A DNA stretch of 64,000 bases from positions 193,335 through 257,334 of the forward strand of contig OZ220480.1 of NCBI GenBank assembly GCA_965116025.1. The letters are read 5' to 3'. Origin of the DNA: an uncultured candidatus Porisulfidus sp. (GTDB lineage: Bacteria > Pseudomonadota > Gammaproteobacteria > Poriferisulfidales > Poriferisulfidaceae). The notes below the pieces were generated by a model. It was not told where the DNA came from and searched no databases. It was given only the letters and a program-made list of their open reading frames with translations. Positions within the stretch are counted from its first letter, which is position 1. Every line of letters begins with the position of its first letter. Of the stretch, positions 1 through 9,312 are shown piece after piece. Position numbers and translations under genes: made by a program.

Positions 1-1013
1 TCCTGGATGTGCATGAAGCGGTTCTCGAAGATCGTCTCGGTGATGGCGCTGGTTCCCTCCGCCACCGCGCTGACCGCCGCCATCTGCGCCTGCATATCCG
101 TCGGAAACCCCGGATAGGCCGCCGTGTGGATATCCGCGGCCCGGGGCCGGCCGCCTCGCATGTCCAGTTCCACGTAGTCCTCTCCCAGCTTGATATCCGC
201 GCCGTATTCGCCAAGTTTGACCAGCACGGCCTCCATGGTGTCGGGCCGCACCCGAGTGACCCGGACGTTCCCTCCGGTGACGCAACCCGCGGCCAGATAG
301 GTGGCCGCCTCGATTCGGTCGGGCAATACCCGGTGCGTCGCACCACGCAACGCGCGGACCCCCTCAATCTCGATTCGGCTGGTCCCCGCCCCCCGAACAC
401 GCGCGCCCATCGCCGTCAGACAGGCGGCCAAGTCCTCGACCTCAGGCTCGCGGGCGGCGTTCTCGATCACTGTCGTGCCCTCGGCCAGCGTCGCGGCCAT
501 CATCAGATTCTCCGTTCCGGTCACCGTGATCTGGTCAAAGGCCAGCGCAGCGCCCCGAACGCGCTTGGCGCGCGCCCGAATATAGCCGCCGTCAACCTCG
601 ATGCGGGCGCCCATCAACCTGAGATTCGAAAGATGCAGGTCGATCGGCCGGGTCCCGATCGCGCACCCGCCAGGCAACGACACCTCCGCTCGGCCATAAC
701 GCGCCAAGAGCGGACCCAGAACCAGAATGGACGCGCGCATGGTGCGCACGATCTCGTACGAGGCATGGCAACGGTCGAGCTTACGGGCGTCCACGCGCAA
801 GCTGTTGTCCTCGCCTAACGTCACGGTCGCCCCCATGCTGCTCAGCAAGAGCATGGTCGAGGCCACGTCCTGAAGGTGCGGGACGTTCTGGACTATCAAA
901 GGCTCCTCGCTCATCAACGAGGCGGCTAGCACGGGAAGCACGGAGTTCTTGGCGCCGGAGATCGGCACCTCGCCGCATAGCGGCGCTCCGCCCTCGATCA
1001 GCAGCCGATCCAT
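1..1013 (-). CDS. murA: UDP-N-acetylglucosamine 1-carboxyvinyltransferase MurA (3' end truncated by the window edge)
   Basis: Reverse-strand translation gives [34 protein letters not shown]...[29 protein letters not shown]...[27 protein letters not shown], the canonical MurA N-terminus and motifs. The ATG maps to 1011-1013. The ORF-track frames 9..818(+) and 781..978(-) are antisense or out-of-frame artefacts. Confidence 0.85.
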   Translation of the reverse strand, partial: MDRLLIEGGAPLCGEVPISGAKNSVLPVLAASLMSEEPLIVQNVPHLQDVASTMLLLSSMGATVTLGEDNSLRVDARKLDRCHASYEIVRTMRASILVLGPLLARYGRAEVSLPGGCAIGTRPIDLHLSNLRLMGARIEVDGGYIRARAKRVRGAALAFDQITVTGTENLMMAATLAEGTTVIENAAREPEVEDLAACLTAMGARVRGAGTSRIEIEGVRALRGATHRVLPDRIEAATYLAAGCVTGGNVRVTRVRPDTMEAVLVKLGEYGADIKLGEDYVELDMRGGRPRAADIHTAAYPGFPTDMQAQMAAVSAVAEGTSAITETIFENRFMHIQ

Positions 1014-1032
1014 CGCGAGGGTGGAACGCGAA

Positions 1033-1689
1033 TCAGGCCCGCGCGGTCGGCGGCGCGAGCCGTCGGGAGGATATCCCGGGAGCCTCGCCCCGCAAACGCT
1101 GAATCACGGAATCCAAGCCATTCTGGTTGATTTCGGGACGCAGGCTATCTTTCAGGCTCTTGATCAGGAACACCCCGTCGGCGCGAATCTCGAACACGCG
1201 CCACTCGCCCTCGGTCTCGCGCATCAGATAGGTCAGGTCGACCGGCTCCTTGCCCGACATCACGAACTTGGTGCGAACCACTTGGTAGCTCTTGTCTGGC
1301 AGCATCTCGAACGGCAGGTAGCTCACCTTTCCATCGGCGTACTTGAGAATGATCTTCGCGTACAGCTGAAGCAACTGCCGCCTCAGAGAGACGATGAACT
1401 CGCGACGCTTCTCGAAGGACGTTTCCTGGTAGACCTTCTTGCCAAGAATAATTCGCGCGATCCGGTCGTAGTCCAGCACCCCGCCCAGCGTATCACTCAC
1501 GAACCTGTACAGCGTCTCATCGTCGCGCTCGAACTCATCCATTCTCAGACGGATCTGCGACAGCAACTCGTCGCTAACGCCGCGCAACCGGGCCTGCGGA
1601 GAGTCCGCCGCCTCAAGATTTGAGCACGGCAACAGGACGGAGAGCGCGAGCGCGCCCCCGAACAAACGCAGCGATGCAATGCTCGTCAC
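1033..1689 (-). CDS. mlaC: phospholipid-binding periplasmic protein MlaC (Ttg2D family)
   Basis: 218-aa ORF with an N-terminal signal peptide ([21 protein letters not shown]). The body resembles MlaC ([38 protein letters not shown]...GLDSVIQRL). It is directly followed by murA on the same strand, as in mla-murA clusters. Confidence 0.7.
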   Translation of the reverse strand: MTSIASLRLFGGALALSVLLPCSNLEAADSPQARLRGVSDELLSQIRLRMDEFERDDETLYRFVSDTLGGVLDYDRIARIILGKKVYQETSFEKRREFIVSLRRQLLQLYAKIILKYADGKVSYLPFEMLPDKSYQVVRTKFVMSGKEPVDLTYLMRETEGEWRVFEIRADGVFLIKSLKDSLRPEINQNGLDSVIQRLRGEAPGISSRRLAPPTARA

Positions 1690-1757
1690 CCTACAGTCTC
1701 GCGCGGATCAAGTGAGGAATTATAGCAAGTCGGGCGTGGTCGGGAGTGCCATTTCTA

Positions 1758-3527
1758 ATGCCATTGGCGCTATTGGCGGCGGGGCTTTCGGCGCTGGCGC
1801 TGCCGGCGCGGGCGGAGACGATCAACCTGTACGGGTGGCAGAACCACTCGTGGGAGTTCGTGGACATCGACGGCGGGCGCAGCTTCGACCGCATCCAGTC
1901 GAACGCCGGGAACATCGGCTTCTCGGCCAGCGTGGACACTGGCATGAGCGACATAAAGGTGAACCTGCAGTGCGAGCAGTTCACCTACTACAACCACTTC
2001 GCCGGCGGCACCGGCTGGTGCAACCGCAACTCCAAGATCGGGCTGGCGCACCCGATGGCCGGCGAGATCATGTTCGCCACCTGGCTGCTGCCGTACAACG
2101 AGGGCGTGGCCCAGTGGGTGGACCCGTTCTACGACGCCGGGGCCGACTCGCACACCAGCATCATGGGCTCGGTCGGGGCCAACACCATCTTCTACAACAC
2201 CGGCGACTTCGACCAGCAGGCGTCGGCGTCGGGGCCGGCGACCGGCTTCTCCGGGGCGGAGTTCAACTACGCCGGGGCCGGCTACGACACCGGCTTCAAC
2301 CGGCGCCAGGAGAACATCATCCAGTACTGGTCGCCGAACTGGAACGGCTTCGTGTTCCGCTTCGCCTGGACGGCCGGCAACCGCGACGAGACGAACGCGC
2401 CGACCGGCGGCGGGAAGATCGACCCGGTGATCCGCTCGAGCAGCCTGGCGTACACGAACGGCCCGCTGTGGCTGGCGGCGACCTGGCAGGACCACGAGGA
2501 CTGGACGGCGGTCTCGGTCGGGGAGATGGAGAGCTCGGACGCGGAGAGCTTCCGCCTGGCCGGGCGCTACATCATGGACCTGGGCGACGGCATGAGCGTT
2601 CAACTGTCGGCCATGTGGGAAACGCTGGAGTACGAGTTCCACGGCGTGACCACCATCGATAAGGCCATGAAGGCGTTCGGGTATGGGAATTTCATGGATT
2701 CTTACGAGTTGAGCGTCACGGATGCGGAGATAATGAAGAAGAAGACCCAAGGGCTGGCGCTCGATATCTTGACGGATGAGAAGGGCATGCTGATTCCTAT
2801 GGGGGACACGGCGCGGGGTTTATATGGGGAGCAGGTTAAAACCACTATGAGCCTGTACACCGCATACATGGGTGAGATAGACACCGTAACCTCCACCAGC
2901 TTGAACTTGGTCGCTGAACGCAGAACTGTGGTCGACTGGAACGACTATTACAAAGAGGCGCCTGATAATCCTGTTAAAGTCAGCACTACCGCCATGCGAA
3001 CCGGGTCCCAAAATGTCATGCTTTTCACGACCATGCTGAGCACGACTACGCTGAACGCGGCTAAAACGGCCGCGGAGGAGGCCAAAATGAAGGATATGGA
3101 TGATCGAACGGACGAGGACAAATCGAAAATCAAGTTCTATGACGATCTGGTCTCGATGGCGAAATCCCGAGCCCGCGACGAGAAGAGCATGGGCGGGAAC
3201 GTGAAGATCGAGCGAGACGCCTGGATGGTGTCGGGCAAGATCAAGTTCGGCGGCCCGCTGGACTTCCGCTTCTCCTACATGGACGCCGACGACCTGGAGC
3301 TGTCATGCAACTACTGCATGGGAGACTGGGACGAGACGGCGGCGGACGCCTGGAACGTCGGGGTGTTCTACACGATGCCGGCGGGAACCGAGCTGCGGCT
3401 GACGTATTCGGAGGTCAACAACGACGACAACGGGACCTACGGGCAGGGCATCTCGGGGACCGGCTTGGGAACGCCGGGGGCGGAGATCGAGATGTTCGCG
3501 CTGGGGATCGTGCACTGGTTCGACTGA
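1758..3527 (+). CDS. porin-like secreted/outer-membrane protein, family copy 1 (N-form A, cassette type X)
   Basis: ATG at 1758 with GGGAG 11 bp upstream (the ORF track starts at a GTG at 1746). Signal peptide MPLALLAAGLSALALPARA followed by ETINLYGWQNHSWEFVDIDGG. The conserved N and C frameworks are shared with 7 paralogs, with alternating hydrophobic beta-strand-like patterns and a terminal ...EIEMFALGIVHWFD. Confidence 0.8.
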   Translation: MPLALLAAGLSALALPARAETINLYGWQNHSWEFVDIDGGRSFDRIQSNAGNIGFSASVDTGMSDIKVNLQCEQFTYYNHFAGGTGWCNRNSKIGLAHPMAGEIMFATWLLPYNEGVAQWVDPFYDAGADSHTSIMGSVGANTIFYNTGDFDQQASASGPATGFSGAEFNYAGAGYDTGFNRRQENIIQYWSPNWNGFVFRFAWTAGNRDETNAPTGGGKIDPVIRSSSLAYTNGPLWLAATWQDHEDWTAVSVGEMESSDAESFRLAGRYIMDLGDGMSVQLSAMWETLEYEFHGVTTIDKAMKAFGYGNFMDSYELSVTDAEIMKKKTQGLALDILTDEKGMLIPMGDTARGLYGEQVKTTMSLYTAYMGEIDTVTSTSLNLVAERRTVVDWNDYYKEAPDNPVKVSTTAMRTGSQNVMLFTTMLSTTTLNAAKTAAEEAKMKDMDDRTDEDKSKIKFYDDLVSMAKSRARDEKSMGGNVKIERDAWMVSGKIKFGGPLDFRFSYMDADDLELSCNYCMGDWDETAADAWNVGVFYTMPAGTELRLTYSEVNNDDNGTYGQGISGTGLGTPGAEIEMFALGIVHWFD

Positions 3528-3549
3528 CCCGTTGGGTCATCCACGACAG

Positions 3550-3582
3550 CGAGCGGGCGCCTTCGGGCGCCCGCTTTCTTTG
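3550..3582 (+). terminator. rho-independent terminator of copy 1
   Basis: AGCGGGCGCC-ttcg-GGCGCCCGCT followed by TTCTTT, 23 bp after the stop codon. Confidence 0.7.
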
Positions 3583-4062
3583 AGGATCAGGATTCTCGAC
3601 TTGATCCGCCGCCACGAGGCAAATCGTGATGATGGCGGATCGCGAGAGCCAGATGTAACCGCTTCGGATGGTCGCGCGGGCGCTTGGAGTGATGCCACGA
3701 AAGCTGTGCGGGGCGTTCCGGCTTCAGGCTTTCATCAAAGATCGGAAACTCGATAGTTCCAGAGATCGATAGGCTGACCCCTGTTCGTCGCCACGCGGGA
3801 AGTCTGCTTGATCGAGGACGACGGGCCTCTCACCCTCTTTCCTCCCCGAGGCGCGCGCCGATCCACGCCCTCCGATTTCTCACCGCGTCTCTTATATCCA
3901 AGCGATATCAAGAATTCTCAGTCCACCGCACCACCTTGTGGTGGATCGGGTCATCCCGATCCGGTCTGCCGCGAGCGGATCGCCTTCCGGGCGCGTCGGA
4001 ACCAGGCCTCGCGCCGCCGGCGCTGGCCCGACTCTCGATCTGGTCGCGAAGCGCCGACCTCA

Positions 4063-4095
4063 AAGAAAGCGGGCGCCCGAAGGCGCCCGCTCGCT
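4063..4095 (-). terminator. rho-independent terminator of copy 2
   Basis: Mirror image of the same GC hairpin plus T-tract on the minus strand, immediately 3' of the convergent paralog. Confidence 0.7.
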
Positions 4096-4115
4096 GTCGT
4101 GGATGACCCAACGGG

Positions 4116-5947
4116 TCAGTCGAACCAGTGCACGATCCCCAGCGCGAACATCTCGATCTCCGCCCCCGGCGTCCCCAGGCCGGTCCCCGAGATGCCCTGC
4201 CCGTAGGTCCCGTTGTCGTCGTTGTTGACTTCCGAATACGTCAGCCGCAACTCGGTTCCCGCCGGCATCGTGTAGAACACCCCGACGTTCCAGGCGTCCG
4301 CCGCCGTCTCGTCCCAGTCCCCCATGCAGTAGTTGCACGACAGCTCCAGGTCGTCGGCGTCCATATAGGAGAAGCGGAAGTCCAGCGGGCCGCCGAACTT
4401 GATCTTGCCCGACACCATCCAGGCGTCCCGCTCGATCTTCACGTTGGAGCTCATGGTTTGCTTCAGCTTGGCGTCGGCGTATTCCGTCATCTTCTTCTCG
4501 TACTCCATCACCTTCTCGTTGTGCGGCTCCAGGGCGTACTCCCTCGCCTTCGCCACGTATTCCTTGTAGAAGTCCATGTCCGTCTTGTCATCCAGATACT
4601 TCGTGGTCGATGTCTTCAACTTGTTCAGGATCGTGGTGCTCAGCTTGGTAGTCAGGGCCGCTTTGTACGCCGTGTTCAATCCCCCAGTGGTGAACCTGTA
4701 GTAGCGATCGATCGCTGGGATGTTCTGATAATTACTCCAACTTTGATTATCGAAGTATTTTTTATAGGACCCCCCGTATCACTAGGACTTAAGTCGGTGG
4801 GCCATACGGCCAGACCGGCCATGTTGGTCCTCCATTTCCCGTTCTCGTCCGTCAGCAGCTCGACCGCGAGCCCCCCGGTCATCTGCGCCTCTATCAGCGG
4901 CTTCAGCTCCGCTTCGGTGGGCATCGTCGGCTTCGTCGGCATGTCCATGTCGGCGGGGGCCATGACCTTCATGTCGTAGTAGGTTTTCTCGAAATGGTTG
5001 ATGTTGGGATCGGTACCGCCGTACCCGAACGCCTTCATGGCCTTGTTGATGTCGGTCACGCCGTGGAACTCGTACTCCAAAGTCTCCCACATGGCCGACA
5101 GTTGAACGCTCATGCCGTCGCCCAGGTCCATGATGTAGCGCCCGGCCAGGCGGAAGCTCTCCGCGTCCGAGCTCTCCATCTCCCCGACCGAGACCGCCGT
5201 CCAGTCCTCGTGGTCCTGCCAGGTCGCCGCCAGCCACAGCGGGCCGTTCGTGTACGCCAGGCTGCTCGAGCGGATCACCGGGTCGATCTTCCCGCCGCCG
5301 GTCGGCGCCATCGTCTCGTCGCGGTTCCCGGCCGTCCAGGCGAAGCGGAACACGAAGCCGTTCCAGTTCGGCGACCAGTACTGGATGATGTTCTCCTGGC
5401 GCCGGTTGAAGCCGGTGTCGTAGCCGGCCCCGGCGTAGTTGAACTCCGCCCCGGAGAAGCCGGTCGCCGGCCCCGACGCCGACGCCTGCTGGTCGAAGTC
5501 GCCGGTGTTGTAGAAGATGGTGTTGGCTCCGACCGAGCCCATGATGCTGGTGTGCGAGTCGGCTCCGGCGTCGTAGAACGGGTCCACCCACTGGGCCACG
5601 CCCTCGTTGTACGGCAGCAGCCAGGTGGCGAACATGATCTCGCCGGCCATCGGGTGCGCCAGCCCGATCTTGGAGTTGCGGTTGCACCAGCCGGTGCCGC
5701 CGGCGAAGTGGTTGTAGTAGGTGAACTGCTCGCACTGCAGGTTCACCTTTATGTCGCTCATGCCGGTGTCCACGCTGGCCGAGAAGCCGATGTTCCCGGC
5801 GTTCGACTGGATGCGGTCGAAGCTGCGCCCGCCGTCGATGTCCACGAACTCCCACGAGTGGTTCTGCCACCCGTACAGGTTGATCGTCTCCGCCCGCGCC
5901 GGCAGCGCCAGCGCCGAAAGCCCCGCCGCCAATAGCGCCAATGGCAT
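4116..5947 (-). pseudogene. porin-like family copy 2 (N-form A, cassette type Y), frameshifted
   Basis: ATG at 5947 (MPLALLAAG...). The reading frame breaks near 4680-4800, giving two overlapping ORFs (4676..5947 and 4116..4679). Both halves are homologous to the intact copy 4. Low-complexity odd sequence sits at 4740-4800. Confidence 0.6.
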
Positions 5948-6171
5948 TAGAAATGGTATCGTAGGGCATCAGCAAATCGAAAAACTCTCCACGGAATATC
6001 TGGCCAAAACGTCGCTTCTCCCATATATTGTTCGGTGAAATTCCGCCTCCCAAACTCTCGATTTCCGTTCCCTAGATTCCGCATTGAATTGCGGCACCAT
6101 TTCCTTTGTGGGAAAATAAGACGCTATGGGACGGGATTATCAATGTTGGCAAGGAAACCGGGAGAGGGTTG

Positions 6172-7395
6172 ATGAGAGGAACTAGAGTCCCACCGCGAAT
6201 CGAGCGATTAAAGGTGCAGAACTTCCGCGCGTTGCGCGATGTGGAGCTAAACCTTACGCCGCTCACCGTGTTACTTGGCCCAAATGGCAGTGGAAAGTCC
6301 ACGATTTTTGATGTCTTCGCCTTTTTGGCAGAGTGTTTTGAGAGCGGGCTACGTCGAGCGTGGGAAAAACGTGGCAAAGCTCGGGAACTTAGGTCGCGGG
6401 GCGGAGAGGGTCCTATATTGATTGAAATCGCATATCGCGAAAAACCGCGCACACCCTTGATCACGTATCACCTTCAAGTGGACGAGAAAAATGGCCGACC
6501 TCGCGTGGTCTGCGAATGGCTCCGATGGAAGCGGGGGCGCTACGGGCAACCGTTCAAATTTCTCGATTACGCGGACGGAGTTGGGCAGGTCATCTCGGGT
6601 GAGATGCCTGACGCGCGGGCTGAGCGGATAGAGATCCCTTTGAGTTCTCCTGATACGCTCGCGGTTAACGCGCTTGGCCAACTGGCGGAAAATTCTCGTG
6701 TCGTCGAGCTGAGAGATTTCATCATGGGATGGCATGTGTCCTACTTGTCAGCCGAGGATACGAGAGGACAACCGGAAGCGGGGCCACAGGAACGCCTGAG
6801 CAGGACAGGAGACAATCTCGCTAACGTGATTCAATATCTGTCCGAAGAACATCCAGAACTTTTGGAGTCCATTCTTGGCAGCATCAGAGAAAGGATCCCG
6901 AAAGCCCAGAGCGTGGTGGCGGACCAGATGCCGGACGGAAGGTTGTTGCTGAAAATCAAGGATGCCCCATTCGCTGACCCCGTCATGGCGCGCTTCGCGT
7001 CCGATGGCACACTTAAAGTGCTCGCCTATCTAGTCTTGTTGCGTGATCCAACCCCTCCTCCTTTTATTGGCATTGAGGAGCCGGAGAACTTCCTGCATCC
7101 ACGCCTGCTTCACGGTTTGGCGGAAGAATGCCGAACCTCCTCCGAGGCCACACAGGTCCTCGTGACCACCCATTCTCCTTTTTTCCTTGATGCGCTTCGT
7201 CCCATGGAAGTTCGGGTGTTGTGGCGCGACGAATTCGGTTACACGAGATGCGACCCCTTGGATGAGAACAAAAAAATTTTGGCGTTTATGGAAGCGGGCG
7301 CCCAGCTTGGAGATCTTTGGATGGAAGGACATTTCGGGGTTGGAGATCCGCTGACTTCGGAAGGAATGGCCATGCCGGGAAGAGGCGGGAGCTGA
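6172..7395 (+). CDS. OLD/ABC-type (AAA_21-like) ATPase
   Basis: Walker [10 protein letters not shown] near the N-terminus. Walker B/D-loop [13 protein letters not shown] and H-loop LVTTHSPFF near the C-terminus. ATG at 6172 is preceded by GGGAGAGG (the ORF track begins at 6106). Confidence 0.7.
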   Translation: MRGTRVPPRIERLKVQNFRALRDVELNLTPLTVLLGPNGSGKSTIFDVFAFLAECFESGLRRAWEKRGKARELRSRGGEGPILIEIAYREKPRTPLITYHLQVDEKNGRPRVVCEWLRWKRGRYGQPFKFLDYADGVGQVISGEMPDARAERIEIPLSSPDTLAVNALGQLAENSRVVELRDFIMGWHVSYLSAEDTRGQPEAGPQERLSRTGDNLANVIQYLSEEHPELLESILGSIRERIPKAQSVVADQMPDGRLLLKIKDAPFADPVMARFASDGTLKVLAYLVLLRDPTPPPFIGIEEPENFLHPRLLHGLAEECRTSSEATQVLVTTHSPFFLDALRPMEVRVLWRDEFGYTRCDPLDENKKILAFMEAGAQLGDLWMEGHFGVGDPLTSEGMAMPGRGGS

Positions 7396-7396
7396 C

Positions 7397-8014
7397 ATGC
7401 CCGCGTCTCATTTGGAGTTCCTCGTGGAGGAGCGTTCCATGGAAGCGTTTCTCGTTGCTTGGCTACCAAAGTTTCTGCCGGAGGGCTGCACTTTCAAGGT
7501 CTATGCGCACCAAGGCAAAAACGCGTTGTTGAGAAAAATCGAAGATCGACTCGGAGCATATAAGGCATGGATGCCAAACGAATGTCGTATCGTGGTGGTA
7601 GTGGACCGCGACCGGGATGCGTGCGATGAACTCAAGCTCAAGATGGAGCGATTCTGTGAGAAAGCGGGATTGCGGTCGAGACGGGCCGCTGATGGTTCGG
7701 ACTGGCAAGTGGTGACGCGGATAGCCATAGAAGAGCTTGAAGCATGGTATTTTGGGGACTGGCAGGCGGTGTTGGCCGCTTTTCCGGGTGTCGCGGAGAA
7801 TATCCCAGACCGCGCGGCTTACCGGGATCCAGATGCGATTCAAGGTGGAACTTGGGAGGCATTCGAGCGGATTCTCCAGAAACATGGATATTTCGCGCAA
7901 GGACTGGCAAAAGCGCAGGCCGCTAGCGAGATTGGCCGACATATCGACCCTGTTCGCAATCGGTCCCGCAGTTTTATCGTTTTTCGCGATGCCATCGTCG
8001 ATGCCACCACATGA
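7397..8014 (+). CDS. DUF4276-like (Toprim-like) partner protein of the ATPase
   Basis: Start lies 1 bp after the ATPase stop (translationally coupled). The acidic motifs EFLVEERSMEAF, VVVVDRDRD and IEELEAWYF match my recollection of the DUF4276 consensus; this is not confirmed by a search. Confidence 0.55.
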   Translation: MPASHLEFLVEERSMEAFLVAWLPKFLPEGCTFKVYAHQGKNALLRKIEDRLGAYKAWMPNECRIVVVVDRDRDACDELKLKMERFCEKAGLRSRRAADGSDWQVVTRIAIEELEAWYFGDWQAVLAAFPGVAENIPDRAAYRDPDAIQGGTWEAFERILQKHGYFAQGLAKAQAASEIGRHIDPVRNRSRSFIVFRDAIVDATT

Positions 8015-8174
8015 ACATGCCATAGAAGCTATCGTGTTTCCGCAATTGAAATATCTTTGCTATGGCTATAGGAAAGCCGGTTTTCAGGACCCTCTGACCT
8101 CTGCGGTAAAATAATCGCCCAGCATGATTTTCTGGGCCCGCCGAGCCCGAAGCCGGACTTTCAGGAGACGTTAC

Positions 8175-9308
8175 TTGGCCAAACGCGCGTTGCTCGCTCT
8201 CGAAAACGGCGCGTTGTTTTTCGGAGATTCCATCGGGGCGAACGTCACCGCCATCGGGGAGGTCGTCTTCAACACCTCCATCACGGGCTACCAGGAAATC
8301 TTGACTGACCCGTCGTATTGCCGCCAACTGATCACGCTGACGCATCCGCATATCGGGAACGTCGGGGCGAATGACGAAGACAGCGAATCCGGCGCTCCGG
8401 CGCGCGCCGCTGGCCTGATCGCGCGCGATGTCCCTGCGCGCGCGAGCAACTGGCGCGCCAAGCGGTCTTTAGGGGATTTTCTTGACGAGCACGGACTGCC
8501 TGGGATCGTGGGCATCGACACGCGCCGCCTCACGCGAATCCTGCGCGACCAAGGAGCCCAGTCGGGTTGCCTCACGACCGATGTCTCCGACCCGGACCAA
8601 GCGGTCGATCAGGCCCGCGCGTTCCCGGGGCTAGCGGGAATGGATTTGGCGCGAGAAGTCTCCACGAAGGAGTCGTACGAGTGGGACGAGGGACCTTGGG
8701 GGGCAATGCCAGACGAGCTGCCGCCCGCGCGATATCGAGTTGTGGCTTACGACTACGGGATCAAGCGAAACATTCTCCGCCTCCTGCGCGCGCGCGGATG
8801 CGCGGTCACGGTCGTGCCGGCCAAGACCCCGGCATCCGAGGTGCTGAGCCGGGATCCAGATGGAGTTTTTCTATCCAACGGACCTGGAGATCCAGATCCA
8901 TGCACGTACGCCCGGGACACGATCCGAGAATTGATCCAGACCCGGACTCCGATGTTCGGCATCTGCCTTGGTTGCCAGTTGCTCGGCTTGGCCAACGGAG
9001 CGCGCACGGTCAAGATGAAGACCGGGCATCACGGAGCCAACCACCCAGTTCTCGAGATGGACACGGGCCGGGTTCTGATCAGTAGTCAGAACCATGGTTT
9101 CGCGATTGAGGAAGAGTCTCTTCCAGAATGCCTGCGCTTGACCCACCGCTCGCTTTTCGACGGCACCGTGCAAGGCATCCGGCATGTCGAGGCCCCAGCG
9201 TTCGCTTTCCAAGGACACCCGGAAGCGAGCCCCGGGCCACGCGACTTGGCTGGCTTGTTCGATCAGTTCATCGACCTGATGCGGCATCGCCCCGGACGAC
9301 TTGGTTAA
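8175..9308 (+). CDS. carA: carbamoyl-phosphate synthase small subunit
   Basis: [20 protein letters not shown]...[19 protein letters not shown], and a GATase domain with the GICLGCQLL catalytic Cys. Probable TTG start at 8175 with AGGAG 5 bp upstream (E. coli carA also uses UUG). An alternative ATG lies at 8124. Confidence 0.85.
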   Translation: MAKRALLALENGALFFGDSIGANVTAIGEVVFNTSITGYQEILTDPSYCRQLITLTHPHIGNVGANDEDSESGAPARAAGLIARDVPARASNWRAKRSLGDFLDEHGLPGIVGIDTRRLTRILRDQGAQSGCLTTDVSDPDQAVDQARAFPGLAGMDLAREVSTKESYEWDEGPWGAMPDELPPARYRVVAYDYGIKRNILRLLRARGCAVTVVPAKTPASEVLSRDPDGVFLSNGPGDPDPCTYARDTIRELIQTRTPMFGICLGCQLLGLANGARTVKMKTGHHGANHPVLEMDTGRVLISSQNHGFAIEEESLPECLRLTHRSLFDGTVQGIRHVEAPAFAFQGHPEASPGPRDLAGLFDQFIDLMRHRPGRLG

Positions 9309-9312
9309 CGCC

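Larger units (their letters stand above)
3528..4115. repeat. conserved inter-paralog spacer element, copy 1 of 4
   Basis: About 90% identical to 45949-46541 and 53487-54084, and mosaic with 27269-27894. It contains facing terminators and the hairpins CCACC-ttgt-GGTGG and GGATCGGG-tcat-CCCGATCC (3931-3962). Confidence 0.8.

Noticed and set aside
9-978. ORF-track frames 9..818(+), 301..585(+) and 781..978(-)
   Set aside because: They lie antisense to, or out of frame with, the clearly recognisable murA reading frame on the minus strand. They are typical long spurious ORFs in GC-rich DNA.
1679-2750. Long Arg/Gly/Pro-rich ORFs overlapping every paralog (for example 1679..2662+, 1770..2750-, 4782..6053-, 4994..5935+, 25475..26491-, 28705..29811+, 44028..45158+, 47526..48434+, 51557..52657+, 54469..56007+)
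   Set aside because: They are alternative-frame or antisense read-throughs of the high-GC porin-like genes. Their composition (RRGR, GDGELGRG) is characteristic of frame artefacts, and the same spurious peptides recur wherever the family recurs.
3532-4228. Small ORFs inside the conserved spacers (for example 3532..3756+, 3808..4206+, 3908..4111-, 27527..27883+, 53508..53729+, 53765..54175+)
   Set aside because: They begin inside terminator hairpins or run antisense into the 3' ends of the flanking genes, and they are not conserved in frame between the four spacer copies. The spacer is treated as non-coding.
5721-6038. Recurrent small ORF MNCSHCRFTFMSLMPVSTLAEK... (also 1691..1984-, 25396..25614-, 29582..29854+, 43998..44282-, and the N-terminal part of 50609..51811-)
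   Set aside because: It is antisense to the conserved signal-peptide and N-terminal region of each paralog, and its recurrence only reflects the repeat. In 50609..51811 the real gene is the TerB/BRCT ORF starting at 51507.
8015-8174. Possible ArgR/PyrR-type operator upstream of carA (inverted repeat GCCATAG...CTATGGC, AATTGAAATATC)
   Set aside because: The match to the ARG-box consensus is weak, and the inverted repeat has a long loop. It is not strong enough to call without a motif scan.
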